This document shows, one piece after another, positions 19,902-29,242 of a DNA stretch of 64,000 nucleotides. Positions within the stretch are counted from its first letter, which is position 1. The number at the start of each line of letters is the position of its first letter. The notes beneath the pieces are model-generated. The model did not search any database and was not told the origin of the DNA. It worked only from the letters and a program-made list of their open reading frames with translations. Source of the stretch: a virus (lineage: Duplodnaviria; Caudoviricetes). The stretch is taken from the IMG/VR virus record IMGVR_UViG_2687453683_000002, positions 1-64,000 of that record. One strand, 5' to 3'. Made by a program: the position numbers and the translations under genes.

Positions 19902-20558
19902 TTAGAATGGAAGTTTGCGTTGTGTTGCAGGTACTCCTTGTTGCTCATAGGCTGACTGAACACCTTGTGGTGCATGATTATAAACGTTAGGTTGAGTCTG
20001 GGCTCCTGCTACTAACGCTTGCATGAAAACTGCAATCTCGTCTGGGCTATGTGGTGTAACTTGCGGTGTAATATCAGGCATCTGGTCGATTAATTCTTGC
20101 GTCGGGAAGTCCAGAACAGGTTTTCCAGCTTCAGGGTTTGTCACATAGCGGCGGGCACTGTAGGCAGTGTCGGAAGCACCTTTACCAGTACGATAAAGGT
20201 TTACAAAGTTCTTAGTAGGGTCGCACTCGTCAAGATTGAATTCTTGGTTCAACTTTTGAACATGAGACTTAGCCAAAGAGACGAATTTGACTCTCTTCTC
20301 TATAGGGTCATACACACGGAACTTAATCCGCAATGCAGGATATTTGGAAGGGTTTGCTTTGCAAAGTGGGCAAATGTCTTTGCCAGGGCAACGAATGTAT
20401 TTAGGTGTCAGACCGGATTCATAGTGCTCACGGATACCGAGCAGGTCTTCAAACCAGTCAATGAAGAGCATAGTCATCGGCTTTCCTTCTTCAAAAGTAA
20501 TGAATTCTGCACCGCCAGAGAGAATTGCTCCAAGACCACGAACGACTGTGTTAGACAT
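19902..20558 (-). CDS. Putative single-stranded DNA-binding protein (phage gp32-like)
   Basis: H...C....CPLC zinc motif, RTGKG..DT.Y, C-terminal LPF; located in the replication module. Confidence 0.65.
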   Translation of the reverse strand: MSNTVVRGLGAILSGGAEFITFEEGKPMTMLFIDWFEDLLGIREHYESGLTPKYIRCPGKDICPLCKANPSKYPALRIKFRVYDPIEKRVKFVSLAKSHVQKLNQEFNLDECDPTKNFVNLYRTGKGASDTAYSARRYVTNPEAGKPVLDFPTQELIDQMPDITPQVTPHSPDEIAVFMQALVAGAQTQPNVYNHAPQGVQSAYEQQGVPATQRKLPF

Positions 20559-20611
20559 AATGTGTTTCCTCCAATGTAATTTGTACCTGAGGTTCGCTGA
20601 CCTCTTACTAT

Positions 20612-20644
20612 TAGTCGTCGTTCCATCTTTTCAAAAAGGAGCGA
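20612..20644 (-). promoter_or_regulatory. Class A phage promoter (TCGCTCC-N17-CGACGACTA)
   Basis: Matches the motif; upstream of SSB-polA. Confidence 0.6.
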
Positions 20645-20853
20645 AAGACTTTTCAAGAATTGGATACGATATATTTCAAAGAGATTTAATCTTCTTTTAA
20701 TATTTCTTCCTTAATATTAGTAGTGTATTTATACCTTTGGATATCTACGTTATTTGCTTCAACTACTAAAGGATCGGGTAATTAATATGATCTGTAAAAT
20801 TATAGATTTGTTACAAAACCTATTTTAATTGCACTGTTTTACAACATAGTGTA

Positions 20854-20883
20854 TTGACACTACTCTAAGTCCAGTTGTAGAAT
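20854..20883 (+). promoter_or_regulatory. SigA-like promoter (TTGACA-N18-TAGAAT) facing the 3' end of the ECF-like sigma gene
   Basis: Near-consensus hexamers in an AT-rich intergenic region. Confidence 0.5.
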
Positions 20884-21043
20884 GTTTCTATGAGAAATTC
20901 GAAAGATATATAGGAGCAGTTAAAGGTTTTTTAGGCAAAGTATGTTATACTTTATAAGAGAGAAATATTGAAGCTAAAAACTCCTAAGACACTCTTACTA
21001 ATATCTATCTATGTATATCTTCTAAGGTAGGTAAATTAGGGTG

Positions 21044-21574
21044 TTACCCCTGACATAATTTTTTTAACGTTTTCATCGCACGGGAAGCATGGGACTTGTT
21101 CAAGCCAAGTAAGTTAGAAATCTCTGTTGGCTTCATATCTATCCCTTCCTCTGTGAAGAGCATGAAATCAATGATTCGACGTTGTTGCGGTGTAAACATA
21201 CAGAGGTTGTTCAAGTAATCCGTTTTTACGTCAGACAGTCCATAGCCTATCTCTTCAGTTGCGTACGAGAAGTAATCGATAGTTGAACCATATTCTTCAT
21301 CTGCCCCATCGCAAAAATTAACAGAGGTGCTGTTTTTGCTAATCATACGGTTGTTTTTGCGGTAGTAGTCAAATACTGCACGTTGAACGACAGTGTGAGA
21401 GAATGTGAAGATATCTTTCTTAACTTTTCCTTTGTCGATGGCTGTAAGAATACGAAGCACGGCTTCTGATTGAACTTCTTCACGGTCTTCACTTCTCACG
21501 CCTTTCAGTATAAATTTGAAGATAGGTGTTAAGGATTCGATATCGAAGTTCGATATCGTTGTTTGAGTTGTCAT
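21044..21574 (-). CDS. Phage ECF-like sigma factor
   Basis: 176 aa; region 2 DREEVQSEAVLRIL...F...VVQRAVFDYYRK; region 4 FTPQQRRI...EISNLLGLNKSHASRAM. Confidence 0.8.
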   Translation of the reverse strand: MTTQTTISNFDIESLTPIFKFILKGVRSEDREEVQSEAVLRILTAIDKGKVKKDIFTFSHTVVQRAVFDYYRKNNRMISKNSTSVNFCDGADEEYGSTIDYFSYATEEIGYGLSDVKTDYLNNLCMFTPQQRRIIDFMLFTEEGIDMKPTEISNLLGLNKSHASRAMKTLKKLCQG

Positions 21575-21623
21575 GGTTAATATTCCTCCAATGGTTTCAT
21601 GTATAATGTGTTGCCAGTAATAT

Positions 21624-21656
21624 CAGAGGTCGTTGCTTCATCTGAGTAAGATGCGA
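21624..21656 (-). promoter_or_regulatory. Class A phage promoter (TCGCATC-N17-CGACCTCTG) upstream of the ECF-like sigma
   Basis: Matches the motif; possibly autoregulatory. Confidence 0.65.
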
Positions 21657-21678
21657 CTAAATTTGTATAGAATTTTGC

Positions 21679-22767
21679 TTACTGGAACATTGACCCGATT
21701 AGGTTCACGTTGTAGGTGTCGAGACGGTCTAGTAAACAAGCATTAAGCAGTTCATTGCTGTCTTTGAGCGCAGGAAAGCTAGGGTAGCGTACACGGTTCA
21801 CAACGAACCCTGCCCTATCCAGTAAGATTGCGGCGTCTTGCATTCCCTTCTCGCCCGCTTTATCGTTGTCTAGCATCAAATCAATTTCCTCGATGCCAGC
21901 CAACTGCAACTCCCGAATTTGATTCCTGAAAAGAATACGTCCGTTAATCGAGATTGCGGGGATATCCACCTGATAGTTGGACATACAGTCAATAGGTGAT
22001 TCGACCATCCTGACTCGCCTAATTCGGTGTTTCGTGGTTCTAAGTGTGTTAATGAAATGGAGACCAAAAATAATATCTTTCTTTATTGCGCTGCCTTCAT
22101 TAATGAACTTAGTACCGTGATAGCTGTTGCCTATCTTTCTCTTCTGTACAAAACGGAGTTCTCCGGATCTCGTCCTCTGAGGGAATACAATTGTCGCAGT
22201 TGCAGTGTCAACACAGATTTCGTAGGTTTCGAGGGTTCTGTCATTAAATCCCCTAGAATGCATGTAATTTATGCCAGTCTGGTAGAGTAGTTCATTACTA
22301 GCCCTCGAATCTTTCATCCTAGTAAGAACGCTCTCTTCAAGGTGGGGAATAACGTACTTGTTCCTGCGATTATCTATGAAGTCAACCATATCGAACGTTC
22401 TTCGTTTTTCTTCCTCGATGATATAGGTAGAAAGCAAAACTTTAATGCCCTCTCCTTCATTCAGGTCAAGAGCGTTCTCTATTAAAGTGTCTATTGTTCC
22501 TAAGTAGCCACAAAAAAAGCAGTTACAGTGATAGGGCGGTTCTTTAGAGATGCCAAAAGATGCCCTTGTTTCGGAATGTAATGGACAGCAACTCATGACC
22601 CATTCCCCCGTATCATTCAGTCCTGTGAATGCTTTAGGGTTACTTAGAACCTTCGAGAGATGCTGATAAGAGAACCTGAGTTCATCTGTCAACTCTTCAG
22701 GATCAATGTACAAGGATTCAAGAATCTCAATATTGGGACCCTCTTGTTTGAGAGAGAGATTAATCAC
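21679..22767 (-). CDS. DNA primase (Zn finger + TOPRIM)
   Basis: CPLH..E...SF...CFFC; VESPID; LDNDKAG; KD.NE. Confidence 0.9.
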   Translation of the reverse strand: MINLSLKQEGPNIEILESLYIDPEELTDELRFSYQHLSKVLSNPKAFTGLNDTGEWVMSCCPLHSETRASFGISKEPPYHCNCFFCGYLGTIDTLIENALDLNEGEGIKVLLSTYIIEEEKRRTFDMVDFIDNRRNKYVIPHLEESVLTRMKDSRASNELLYQTGINYMHSRGFNDRTLETYEICVDTATATIVFPQRTRSGELRFVQKRKIGNSYHGTKFINEGSAIKKDIIFGLHFINTLRTTKHRIRRVRMVESPIDCMSNYQVDIPAISINGRILFRNQIRELQLAGIEEIDLMLDNDKAGEKGMQDAAILLDRAGFVVNRVRYPSFPALKDSNELLNACLLDRLDTYNVNLIGSMFQ

Positions 22768-22939
22768 TTCCCTTTCCCCCTATCTGGGCGAAACCGGGAG
22801 AGTGGGTTTCTATCTCGTCCTCATGAACATCAACGTGAACGTTGAAAAAGTTAGGGAAGTATTGGCAGTGAGCCGTTAACTCCTTACTCTCCTTATACGC
22901 TCCTAAGCTGATAGAGTTAAGGTACAGTTGTACCCACAT
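22760..22939 (-). CDS. Small 59-aa hypothetical protein (not in the ORF track)
   Basis: RBS GGGAGG, open frame MWVQLYLNS...GKGSD*, stop overlapping the primase start. Confidence 0.5.
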   Translation of the reverse strand: MWVQLYLNSISLGAYKESKELTAHCQYFPNFFNVHVDVHEDEIETHSPGFAQIGGKGSD

Positions 22940-22958
22940 GGGCTAGTCCCTCCCTCTC

Positions 22959-24242
22959 TTAGAAGTATTGTTCGTTAATGGAATCATCCAGGATAGAGAC
23001 GATACCAGAGTCGAAGTCGTAGCGCACAAGGAACGATTGTCCGCTTGCATTTTCACGATTTTTTATGACCAAGATTCTAAAGGTGTTGTCACTCACTTTT
23101 ACTATAGAGATGCCCTTTGAAGCATCCTGTACGATGGCGAAGGTTTCCCCAATATCTCCGGCATCAACGTTCTCCGTAATGTCCTTCTTTACTTTCTTAA
23201 GGGCATCGCGGTTCGCTTGAGCGACAACTATTGCGGGCTTACCAGTATCGAGAATTAAGTCTCTAACTCCTGCCGAAACATCATACAGGCGCTGTCTAAG
23301 GTCGCCGCTCCCCCGTGAGGGAAGTCGTAACTTTGATAATTGGTCGAGTGTCCAACGATTGTGTCCTTCTCGTTCGAGTATCCGGTGGATTTCGTCGAGC
23401 GTGTAAGGTTTGCCTCCATTACTCTTAAGGTCGTAAATTACCATGTCTTTCTTCTTCTGCTTAAGGCGGTCAATAAACTCCGTATAAGCATCTCTCTTTT
23501 CGTTAGAGAGCGTACCGCGTGTTAGAGCAAGCCGTGACACTTTGGCAAGTGTATTGTCCCAGTTATGGGCAATTTCTGACGCTCTTTGCTCCAAGGCGAA
23601 GTAGGCTGGATAGTCATTATCTAATGTACTGTTCCATGCCGCTGACATCATAAAGGATGATATGAGGGTCTTCCCCATGTTTGTTGGCGCAAACACGAGA
23701 AAGTAATCGACCGCCCCATCTGTGTATTCAAGTCCGTTGGTCGCTAAATCTAGCGGCTTGAATCCAGTAGTCATTCCTATGATTTCATCTTTTGCCCTAC
23801 CGTGGATTTTGTCATAAGCATCGAGACGTTGTTGAGCATTTTCGATGTAGGAGTAGCCCTGACCCCTTAAGCCGATAGACTTCAGAAATCTTCCTGCTTC
23901 CATCTGAAGTTGCTGAATAGCCGCTGTCGTTTCCTTTTTGGCGAAAGTCTCCGAAGCAGATACCAGTATCGGTTTGAACTCCCTATAAAGAAAGTCCTCC
24001 CTCACCGCTCGCACAACGTGGTCGATGTTCTCCAATTCCACCAACTCAAACGTATTAAACTTGTTCATTACCGTCTCTATCGTTGGCAAGTATGCGTTTT
24101 TCTTTTTGAAGCCTTTGACGTACTCGAAGGTTTCTTTGTGTACCTGAAAGTAGTCCTCAGTAATACCTGCATCCTCGACAACGCCCCACTCTTTAACGTT
24201 TAGGATGTGGTTGAGTAGCTGAAGTTCTTCGATTGCCGCCAT
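22959..24242 (-). CDS. DnaB-like replicative helicase
   Basis: TGFKPLD, APTNMGKT, FALEQ, AQANR, KNR motifs; start taken as MAAIEE after GGGAGG. Confidence 0.9.
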   Translation of the reverse strand: MAAIEELQLLNHILNVKEWGVVEDAGITEDYFQVHKETFEYVKGFKKKNAYLPTIETVMNKFNTFELVELENIDHVVRAVREDFLYREFKPILVSASETFAKKETTAAIQQLQMEAGRFLKSIGLRGQGYSYIENAQQRLDAYDKIHGRAKDEIIGMTTGFKPLDLATNGLEYTDGAVDYFLVFAPTNMGKTLISSFMMSAAWNSTLDNDYPAYFALEQRASEIAHNWDNTLAKVSRLALTRGTLSNEKRDAYTEFIDRLKQKKKDMVIYDLKSNGGKPYTLDEIHRILEREGHNRWTLDQLSKLRLPSRGSGDLRQRLYDVSAGVRDLILDTGKPAIVVAQANRDALKKVKKDITENVDAGDIGETFAIVQDASKGISIVKVSDNTFRILVIKNRENASGQSFLVRYDFDSGIVSILDDSINEQYF

Positions 24243-24273
24243 TGTGTTCCCTCCCAATTTCCGATTACACTCT

Positions 24274-24306
24274 TAGTAGTCGAGTCATCTACGGAAAAAG
24301 GTGCGG
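24274..24306 (-). promoter_or_regulatory. Class A phage promoter (CCGCACC-N17-CGACTACTA)
   Basis: Matches the motif; upstream of helicase-primase. Confidence 0.7.
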
Positions 24307-24486
24307 CGTGATTCCAGCTAAGGCTCTATGTGACTTCATTTCCCTCATCAATTATGTACAAGTCAGACTTGTCCTCCTGACCAATTTTCAATAACAACAC
24401 CCTTTATGGGGATTCCCCCCCTAATTTCAGGATAAAACATAATATTTCTTCCGCCGGCAAATTTAATCCTATATTATGGAAATAGA

Positions 24487-24536
24487 AAGGACTCACCGAA
24501 TACAATTAGAGAAGTAATTGTATTCGGTGAGTCCTT
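24487..24536. repeat. Perfect 22-bp inverted repeat (long hairpin, possible terminator)
   Basis: AAGGACTCACCGAATACAATTA-GAGAAG-TAATTGTATTCGGTGAGTCCTT. Confidence 0.8.
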
Positions 24537-24765
24537 ACGGGTTTTCATGTAGTGACAGTGCTTGAGGTAGGTCATGCGATCAGCGCAACTAAGTTGTCTG
24601 ATCAATGCTCCTTTGGACTGTTTTCGCTTGCCTCTCTAAGTTCGTATCGAGCTGTTATGAGCTGTATCACAACATATATAGAGTCTCTTTCAACTATGTT
24701 GTTCACAAATAGCTCGACAATAGGTATATCTTCACTAAACACGTCAACAAACGCTCCACTTAAAT

Positions 24766-25542
24766 TTAGTATTTGTAGGTATTATCTTCTCTTCTGTCTC
24801 TACCGCCCAATGGAATGACCATCGTATTGTAAAGCATTCGAGATACAACCATGTCTCCAAGCATGTCATCTTGACGTAATATGGAATCAGGGAAATTGCT
24901 TGTAAAGATTGTACTTTTCTGTTCTTCTTTACGGAAGTCAATAACATCATAGATCAGGTCTCGAATGATTGGGGTGATTCGACCGCTCCCGATATCATCT
25001 AGTATTAGTAGCGGAACGTCATTCATGTGGTTGAGTTCTCGGTGAGCTTCGTAGGTAAACTTCTCGTCATTACGAGTGTAAATATCCCGCTGACGGTTAG
25101 CCCAAGCTCCAAATTTTACATACATTCCCACAGGGGTTTCATAATCAAACCATTGTGGGTCACGACAAACTTTGTAAATAAATTCATTAAGAACGGCATT
25201 GGCTGTCCATGATTTACCTGTACCTTTGCCCCTGTTAATCAAGGCAAGGTTCGTACCTGAAGTGACAAAACCTACTGAATTAGATAGCAAGTCCTTCAGG
25301 ATGGTTGCAAAGTCAGCGTTGTCCGAATCCTCAACGTAGTTGTGCAGGTTGGCAGTACGGTACTCCTTGGGGATTTTAGCCAAGCCGATAGCCTTTTCCA
25401 GTTTATCGTAGCCCACACAATAGGTGAGCGTATGCTCGGGCGGCAACTTCACTTCACCGCTACGAAGTTTGCACCAGTCCTTTACCACACAGGTTTCACA
25501 TGTGCTAAACAGTTCTGTCTTTGCTTCAGTCAATATACTCAT
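24766..25542 (-). CDS. DnaC/IstB-like AAA+ helicase loader
   Basis: GKGTGKS Walker A, LLILDDIG Walker B, TIFTSN, SRM. Confidence 0.9.
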   Translation of the reverse strand: MSILTEAKTELFSTCETCVVKDWCKLRSGEVKLPPEHTLTYCVGYDKLEKAIGLAKIPKEYRTANLHNYVEDSDNADFATILKDLLSNSVGFVTSGTNLALINRGKGTGKSWTANAVLNEFIYKVCRDPQWFDYETPVGMYVKFGAWANRQRDIYTRNDEKFTYEAHRELNHMNDVPLLILDDIGSGRITPIIRDLIYDVIDFRKEEQKSTIFTSNFPDSILRQDDMLGDMVVSRMLYNTMVIPLGGRDRREDNTYKY

Positions 25543-26624
25543 TAGTTACCTCCTTTAATCCTCTTCAGGAAGTCTTCAGCAGACATGCCGCTCTTTGCCT
25601 GTACGGTAGTTTCAACCATTTCCTTCTTCTCTTGCGCCTCGATATAGAACGGTTTCTTGCCTTTCTCGACGAACAAATCAATCTCTGCCGCCCGTCCTGA
25701 GGTACAGAACCACTCAAGGGATTGATTGTCGTATCCAATTTGGAAAAAGGCATTAATTCTTAGCTTAATTAGCGCCTTGTTGCCGTCAACATTCTTGAGC
25801 AAGCGCCCAATCATTCCACGGTGTTTACTTCGGGCGGTTTCGTGTGTTCTGCCTGTAGCGTCAATAAACTTCTCGTAGAAGTATTGAACGAAGTTGTCGT
25901 TCTTCCATCGGTCAATGTCATCAGGCAGGGAGAACCTGCTTTTCCCTTCCCCAAAGTTGCCCGCTTTTTCAACAGTGCCACCTAGAACGTTTCTCATTAC
26001 TTCCTTTGTCGCAGGTTGGTCGGAGATATCAGGCTTCGCCTTTCCAGCGTACGGTCGGTTGAACAGATCGTCACCTTCCTTCTTCACCCTGCTTAAAAGG
26101 GTCTCACGTATATGTGATTCAGTCTCAGCATCGACAGGAATCTCCCGAAAGATGATTCCCTCTTTGTCAAGCTTCTCAAGCATCTTAATGAAGCATTCGT
26201 ATACATCTTCGTATAGGCATACCTCAACTTCTTTGTACACTGAATTTACAGTCCGCCAGAACATTTCGGATACATGTAGATGGTCAATCTTGTCTATGTC
26301 CATCAGATAGTAGGAGTTCGTCTTCCGATTACCGTTACGTTCCTTCAGGATGAACCCCTTCTCGCAGAGTTCGTCAATGTACTTGATTGCCGTTTTCTTG
26401 GTGCAGTTGCAAGCCATAGCAATTCGTGATACGGCAGGAAATGCTTCTCTTCCGTTCTCAAAAACGTACTTGGATATCACGCCGTAGGCTATCTTAGACG
26501 TGTCCGATAATTCCAAACAAGAAACCACCATGTTCGGCAGTTGCACATGCCCTCTGTTTTCAGAGTCACGGTAAACGAATTGCTTTTCGCTAGATACTAT
26601 CACCTGTCCTTTGTATTGCCCCAT
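25542..26624 (-). CDS. Phage replication initiator (N-terminal HTH)
   Basis: AFPAVSRIAMACNCTKKTAIKYIDEL.EKGFI...N.Y.L pattern; adjacent to the loader. Start MGQYKG after RBS GGGAG preferred to 26870. Confidence 0.75.
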   Translation of the reverse strand: MGQYKGQVIVSSEKQFVYRDSENRGHVQLPNMVVSCLELSDTSKIAYGVISKYVFENGREAFPAVSRIAMACNCTKKTAIKYIDELCEKGFILKERNGNRKTNSYYLMDIDKIDHLHVSEMFWRTVNSVYKEVEVCLYEDVYECFIKMLEKLDKEGIIFREIPVDAETESHIRETLLSRVKKEGDDLFNRPYAGKAKPDISDQPATKEVMRNVLGGTVEKAGNFGEGKSRFSLPDDIDRWKNDNFVQYFYEKFIDATGRTHETARSKHRGMIGRLLKNVDGNKALIKLRINAFFQIGYDNQSLEWFCTSGRAAEIDLFVEKGKKPFYIEAQEKKEMVETTVQAKSGMSAEDFLKRIKGGN

Positions 26625-27078
26625 TGTTAAATCATCTCCCTGCTCTAAGTGGTCGGCGCAAGTATTAACAAAGTTGCGGGAGATGTTACGTCCAGCCCCT
26701 TCCCTGAATGACTTCGGCGTGCGACCCTTAGGCGTAAACTTACTGATAATACTTGTGGTATTCAGTAATAAGATTGGACATATTGACCATCTCACCTGGC
26801 TTCCTTTAGAGAAGGGGATGTCACGTTGTTCACGTGTATGACTCCGTTGATAGCACAGTGGATAAGGCATATAGCTGTATGTCGCATATGTCTCAACCCC
26901 TCTGTTATCAATAGTCGATCTAAAACTATCGAAATAGATGTTCGCTTGAAGGCGGGACTTTATTAACCGATTACGTGTACTCCTATTGCTCGAAGTTCTT
27001 TAATGAATTTGGAGTACGTTGTGTTAGTGAAGGTAAAGAGTTCGGTTCCTCCAGACGATGCAAAGAGAGCTGCCAATC

Positions 27079-27381
27079 CTATTCCCTTTTAATTCCTAAT
27101 TTCTTCAGCCAATCACTCAGATAGTTATCCCCACGGGACGCTAGTAAGCCAGCGGCTACTTTAGATGAGTATGCGGCAATTCCGGTAAGTCCGAATGGAT
27201 TAAGTCCGAATGCAAATGCCAGTCCCACGCCTACTATAATAGAAACTGCATACGTGCCTGTATCCTTAATAGGCATTACTTTCTTGATGACTTCCGTGAA
27301 TGCTTCTGTTAAGCCTGCCACAAGCATCCACAGACCGAATGCACCTACTGCTGTAGCCAATACTCCAGTTAATGTTACCAT
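27079..27381 (-). CDS. Holin-like membrane protein
   Basis: Three hydrophobic segments, GLLASRG.NY motif, basic C-terminus; follows the endolysin. Confidence 0.65.
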   Translation of the reverse strand: MVTLTGVLATAVGAFGLWMLVAGLTEAFTEVIKKVMPIKDTGTYAVSIIVGVGLAFAFGLNPFGLTGIAAYSSKVAAGLLASRGDNYLSDWLKKLGIKRE

Positions 27382-28160
27382 TATTTCTTCACCGCCCTAG
27401 CAATCAGGATTGTGTTCAGGAACGCCAGTTCAGAAGCAGTCAGCGTACCATTCTTGGCTTTGGTAATCCAAGCTTCGTCCGTAAAGAACCCTTTATCCTT
27501 AAAGTCTGTCAGGTTCTTTACAAGCATGTCTAATGCCCACTTATCAAGCTTCATAGGTTCATCGTCCTCCGATACTTCAGTTTTAGTTGGTGATTCAGGC
27601 GTACTGCAATCCTTCAGTTCAGCCGCCACATCGTTTAGGAATTGAGCCTTACTGATTCCCATAATTTTCAAAGCGTTCTTGTACGGGTCAGACTTGCGGT
27701 TCGGATCAAGCTCGTTGTGGCCTGAAATCCGTTTCAAGGGATTCAATCCGTACTTGTTACATAAATACGCGCTATACCACACGAACCGTTTGTAAGCTTC
27801 TTGATTATTAATGCTCCCCTTCTTATTGGAGTAACACAGTTCTACGCCGATTGCGTGGTCATTGGAGTCAAAGCCGTAAAGGTCATTGTCTGTAGTGACG
27901 TTATACAACACGTGCCAAGCCTTCTCAGTGAGTGGCACACACTCAATGATGACCTCATCATCAATAAAGGTATGTGCCGAAGCACTCTCGACGTTGGCAG
28001 AGTTCGTATAGTAATTCACGTTACCTACCGCTGTACTGCCGTCATTGCCAGTGTCATGCGCCACGATAAAGTCAATTCCTCGGTTCTTGATGCCTGAACG
28101 TCTCTTCGTATTGACTGGTATGTATTTCTGTACAATGGAATACTTCATCTTGAAAGCCAT
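27381..28160 (-). CDS. N-acetylmuramoyl-L-alanine amidase endolysin (Amidase_2 type)
   Basis: IVAHDTGN, SAH, AWH, IGVELC, GH.ELD...K.DP. Confidence 0.9.
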   Translation of the reverse strand: MAFKMKYSIVQKYIPVNTKRRSGIKNRGIDFIVAHDTGNDGSTAVGNVNYYTNSANVESASAHTFIDDEVIIECVPLTEKAWHVLYNVTTDNDLYGFDSNDHAIGVELCYSNKKGSINNQEAYKRFVWYSAYLCNKYGLNPLKRISGHNELDPNRKSDPYKNALKIMGISKAQFLNDVAAELKDCSTPESPTKTEVSEDDEPMKLDKWALDMLVKNLTDFKDKGFFTDEAWITKAKNGTLTASELAFLNTILIARAVKK

Positions 28161-28177
28161 CTAGTTCACCCTTTCTA

Positions 28178-28519
28178 TTAAATCTTCGGGGTGCTATCCC
28201 CTAGCTTTTCCTCCGCGATACTATAGACACTTTCTACTTGAGAATTACCAGGAACGGTCATGGTAGTTTCTGTATTGGTAGTTTTGAACTCCCTCACTGT
28301 CTGTACTGCGAATACCCCGCCCACGATGGTCATAACGACAGGGCTAAGGCTTCCTATCATCTCAATCGAGACGGAGCTGACCGCTACCCCGAAGAAAGGT
28401 GCAAAGAATATAATAAGCAGGAACAGTGCAAATAGACCGCCAAACAGTACCATTAGAAAATCCTTAGCGGAGAAGCCGTCATTGTCGTTCCAGAATGCGT
28501 TCTTCACAAACTTCACCAT
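28178..28519 (-). CDS. Holin-like two-TM protein
   Basis: Two hydrophobic helices; directly upstream of the endolysin. Confidence 0.6.
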   Translation of the reverse strand: MVKFVKNAFWNDNDGFSAKDFLMVLFGGLFALFLLIIFFAPFFGVAVSSVSIEMIGSLSPVVMTIVGGVFAVQTVREFKTTNTETTMTVPGNSQVESVYSIAEEKLGDSTPKI

Positions 28520-28520
28520 C

Positions 28521-28841
28521 TTAGCGCACGTCTCCCCTCCGTCTTGAGAGTTGAGCCACTAATTGCTCTACCTTGATATTCAGCAGCCTGTTCTCACTAA
28601 TCAATTCCATGTTTTCCTGTCGAAGCGTGATGACTTCGTTGCTTAGTCTCTCAATCTTTTCTTCCGAAGCTGTGAGACGTTCAATCAACTTTTCACGGAA
28701 GGCCTGTTCGTCCTTGGAGAGCAATTCTCTATCCGTTACCTTGTTATTGTTTTTGCCGCTGGCGTAGCCGATTACACCGGATACAGCAGTACCAACGAGG
28801 CCAGCGATTGCTGTAATTACACCTACGTCCATATCGATCAC
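28521..28841 (-). CDS. Lysis-cassette membrane protein (TM + coiled coil)
   Basis: N-terminal TM helix followed by a coiled coil. Confidence 0.6.
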   Translation of the reverse strand: MIDMDVGVITAIAGLVGTAVSGVIGYASGKNNNKVTDRELLSKDEQAFREKLIERLTASEEKIERLSNEVITLRQENMELISENRLLNIKVEQLVAQLSRRRGDVR

Positions 28842-28875
28842 CTGACCTTTTCATTCTGTTTGTGGCACGTTAATA

Positions 28876-28909
28876 AGTCACATAATAATCCGGTGTATAT
28901 TGTGTGACT
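28876..28909. promoter_or_regulatory. 34-bp lox-like recombination site (13-8-13)
   Basis: AGTCACATAATAA-TCCGGTGT-ATATTGTGTGACT; arms 11/13 inverted; 26 bp from the start of a tyrosine recombinase remnant. Confidence 0.5.
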
Positions 28910-28934
28910 ATAGACAACGGGATGTGATGGAATA

Positions 28935-29150
28935 ATGAATGATGTTGGAACGTTCCTACTCTACCTGCAAACAGATAAGAACTCGTCCGAATTGACCATA
29001 GAAACCTCTGCTACCACATCTTCCTTCACAAATTTCGCCACCCACATGTATAACACTAGTTGTGACATGGCTTCTGTTCGGAATTATCTCGTTCACACAG
29101 AAATAGCCGCAACCAAGATTTATGCCAAGGTATCTCAGAAAAATGGGTAG
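28935..29150 (+). pseudogene. XerC/D-like tyrosine recombinase, largely deleted
   Basis: N-terminal FLLYLQTDKNSSELTI; HKFRH at 29027-29041 in another frame; THM...LVH...TKIYAKV catalytic tail. Confidence 0.75.
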
Positions 29151-29183
29151 GAAAAACAAGAAAGTTTCATCCTCTTGCAACTA

Positions 29184-29213
29184 CAATATAGGTAATTTTG
29201 GGCAAAAAATAAC
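29184..29213 (-). promoter_or_regulatory. Class B phage promoter (GTTA-N17-CCTATATTG) upstream of the lysis cassette
   Basis: Matches the repeated motif. Confidence 0.65.
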
Positions 29214-29234
29214 CCCTACCAAGTAAGGTAGGGG
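29213..29234 (-). terminator. Terminator hairpin after the 2227-aa gene
   Basis: CCCCTACC/GGTAGGGG stem with a T-run on the minus strand. Confidence 0.6.
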
Positions 29235-29242
29235 CTTCATAA

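Noticed and set aside
26909-26943. Class A promoter upstream of the initiator
   Set aside because: A -10-like CGACTATTG is present, but the -35 match is poor and mis-spaced, so it was not counted.
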